From: Eledone cirrhosa
Lineage: Eukaryota
Direction of reading: 5' to 3'
Length of the DNA: 64,000 bases
NCBI GenBank assembly: GCA_964016885.1
Contig: OZ024744.1
Location: 15,934,001-15,998,000, forward strand
A program made the position numbers and the translations under genes. Every line of letters starts with the position of its first letter. Position 1 is the first letter of the stretch. The notes beneath the pieces were generated by a model. It worked only from the letters and a program-made list of their open reading frames with translations. It made no database searches and was not told where the DNA came from. Shown here one piece after another: positions 62,801 through 64,000 of this stretch.

Positions 62801-64000
62801 AGAATATTAAGGAAGTTGAAGAAGGAGAGTATGAAGGAAGTTGGAGAAGGAGAATATGAAGGAAGTTGAAGAAGGAGAATCTGAAGGAAGTTGGGGAAGG
62901 AGAGTATGAAGGAAGTTGAAGGAGAAGAATATGAAGGAAGTTGAAGAAAGAGAATATGAAGGAAGATCGAGGAGGAGAGTATGAAGGAAGTTGGAGGAGG
63001 AGAGTATGAAGGAAGTTGGAGAAGGAGAGTATGAAGGAAGTTGGAGAAGGAGAATCTGAAGAAGTTGGAGAAGGAGAGTATGAAGGAAGTTGAAGGAGAA
63101 GAATATGAAGGAAGTTGAAGAAAGAGAATCTGAAGGAAGTTGGAGAAGGAGAATATGAAGGAAGTTGAAGGAGGAGAATATGAAGGAAGTTGGAGAAGGA
63201 GAATCAGAAGGAAGTTGGAGAAGCACAGAATGAAGGAAGTTGAAGAAGGAGAATCTGAAAGAAGTTGGAGAAGGAGAGTATGAAGGAAGTTGAAGAAGGA
63301 GAATCTGAAGGAAGTTGGAGAAGGAGAGTATGAAGGAAGTTGAAGGAGAAGAATATGAAGGAAGTTGAAGAAGGAGAATCTGAAGGAAGTTGGAGCAGGA
63401 GAGTATGAAGGAAGTTGGAGAAGGAGAGTATGAAGGAAGTTGGAGAAGGAGAGTATGAAGGAAGTTGAAGGAGGAGAATATGAAGTAAGTTGAAGATCGA
63501 GAATCTGAAGGAAGTTGGAGGAGAATATGAAGGAAGTTGGAGAAGGAGAATATGAAGGAAGTTGAAGAAGGAGAATATAAACGAATTTGGAGAAGGAGAG
63601 TATGAAGGAAGTTGGAGAATGAGAATCTGAAGGAAGTTGGAGAAGGAGAGTATGAAGGAAGTTTGAGAAGGAGAATCTGAAGGAAGTTGGAGAAGGAGAG
63701 TACGAAGGAAGTTTGAGAAGGAGAATCTGAAGGAAGTTGGAGAAGGAGAGTATGAAGGAAATTGGAGAAGGAGAATATGAAGAAAGTTGAAGGAGGAGAG
63801 TATGAAGGAAGTTGGAGAAGGAGAGTATGAAGGAAGTTGAAGAAGGAGAATCTGAAGGAAGTTGGGGAAGGAGAGTATGAAGGAAGTTGAAGGAGAAGAA
63901 TATGAAGGAAGTTGAAGAAAGAGAATTTGAAGGAAGATGGAGGAGGAGAGTATGAAGGAAGTTGAAGGAGAAGAATATGAAGGAAGTTGAAGAAAGAGAA
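56860..64000 (+). repeat. Right-hand subdomain with duplicated blocks at 5,969-bp (about 56860-58030 vs 62830-64000) and 1,791-bp (about 59950-60910 vs 61740-62700) offsets
   Basis: ORF starts 57257 and 63226 share the same N-terminal translation. GATCGAGAATC at 57526, 58398, 60483, 62274, 63495. GAAGCTGAAG with its GCT at 60077 and 61868. Confidence 0.82.

Larger units (their letters stand above)
761..63226 (-). other. Spurious repeat-derived ORFs (Leu/Ser/Phe/Pro-rich 25-aa repeat); not called as CDS
   Basis: The minus-strand consensus ATACTCTCCTTCTCCAACTTCCTTC contains no TAA/TAG/TGA. ORFs overlap in different frames with the same peptide unit. They begin at chance variants (for example GTG from +strand GCACAG) and end at chance TCA/TTA/CTA variants. 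Confidence 0.9.
1..64000 (+). repeat. Purine-rich 25-bp tandem satellite array (consensus GAAGGAAGTTGGAGAAGGAGARTAT), extending beyond both window edges
   Basis: The unit TGAAGGAAGTTG-N-GAGA(G/A)T(A/C) recurs every 25 bp from base 1 to 64000 in one orientation. The minus-strand ORF translations repeat every 25 aa (3 monomers = 75 nt), which independently confirms the period. Length variants seen: 22 bp (GTTGGAGGAGAGTAT), 24 bp (GTTGGGGAAGAAGGTAT, TATGAGGAAG) and 26 bp (GGAGAAACATG). Confidence 0.97.

Noticed and set aside
1-64000. CRISPR array (repeat length in the CRISPR range)
   Set aside because: Monomers abut directly with no unique spacers, and there is no leader, no palindromic repeat and no cas genes.
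1-64000. Shine-Dalgarno plus ATG in each monomer (AAGGAGGAGAATATG) with ATGA stop-start overlap, giving chained 17-aa peptides MKEVGEGEYEGSWRRRV
   Set aside because: The pattern is real but expected by chance in an A/G-rich 25-mer. Many monomers lose the ATG (TCTG, TCAG) or gain earlier TGA stops (TTGAAG), and nothing indicates a prokaryotic context.
1-64000. Plus-strand giant ORF under a TGA-recoding genetic code (table 4, 10 or 25)
   Set aside because: TGA is the only stop in the consensus, but TAA and TAG variants (GAAGTAAG, TATAAAC, GATAAT, GTAGA, ATTAAG) and 1-bp indels are frequent throughout, so no frame is maintained.
1-64000. Telomerase-made long-unit telomeric repeat (as in the 25-bp Kluyveromyces lactis repeat)
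   Set aside because: It is not a TG-rich telomere-type motif, and kilobase-scale ordered variant duplications indicate recombinational amplification rather than templated addition.
1-64000. RPGR ORF15-like or Plasmodium Glu-rich antigen exon
   Set aside because: Those purine-rich repeats preserve frame. Here the period is 25 and every + frame meets TGA at least every 75 nt in the consensus.

Overview
The whole 64-kb window is one uninterrupted, head-to-tail tandem array of a 25-bp monomer, consensus GAAGGAAGTTGGAGAAGGAGA(G/A)TAT. That is about 2,560-2,600 copies from 64000/25, allowing for common 22- and 24-bp deletion variants. The + strand consensus is 21/25 purine with no C. I found no unique sequence, inversion, transposon insertion, RNA gene or credible protein-coding gene. 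Every ORF in the track is a minus-strand artefact: the pyrimidine strand of the consensus has no stop codon, so three monomers (75 nt) give the same 25-aa unit ILSFSNFLHTLLLQLPSYSPSPTSF in all frames. The real information is in the order of monomer variants. It shows (i) two variant domains, A at about 1-5.1 kb and 31-64 kb, and B at about 5.1-30.8 kb; (ii) nested higher-order duplications (25 > 225 > 2,978 > 11,621 bp, plus offsets of 197, 250, 1,791, 2,740, 3,339, 3,833, 5,969, 6,250 and 30,898 bp); and (iii) a near-identical 11,621-bp tandem duplication. The best reading is eukaryotic satellite DNA caught while building higher-order repeats. I do not recognise the family or the organism, and any function is hypothesis only. 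Boundaries were read by eye and are good to about one or two monomers.
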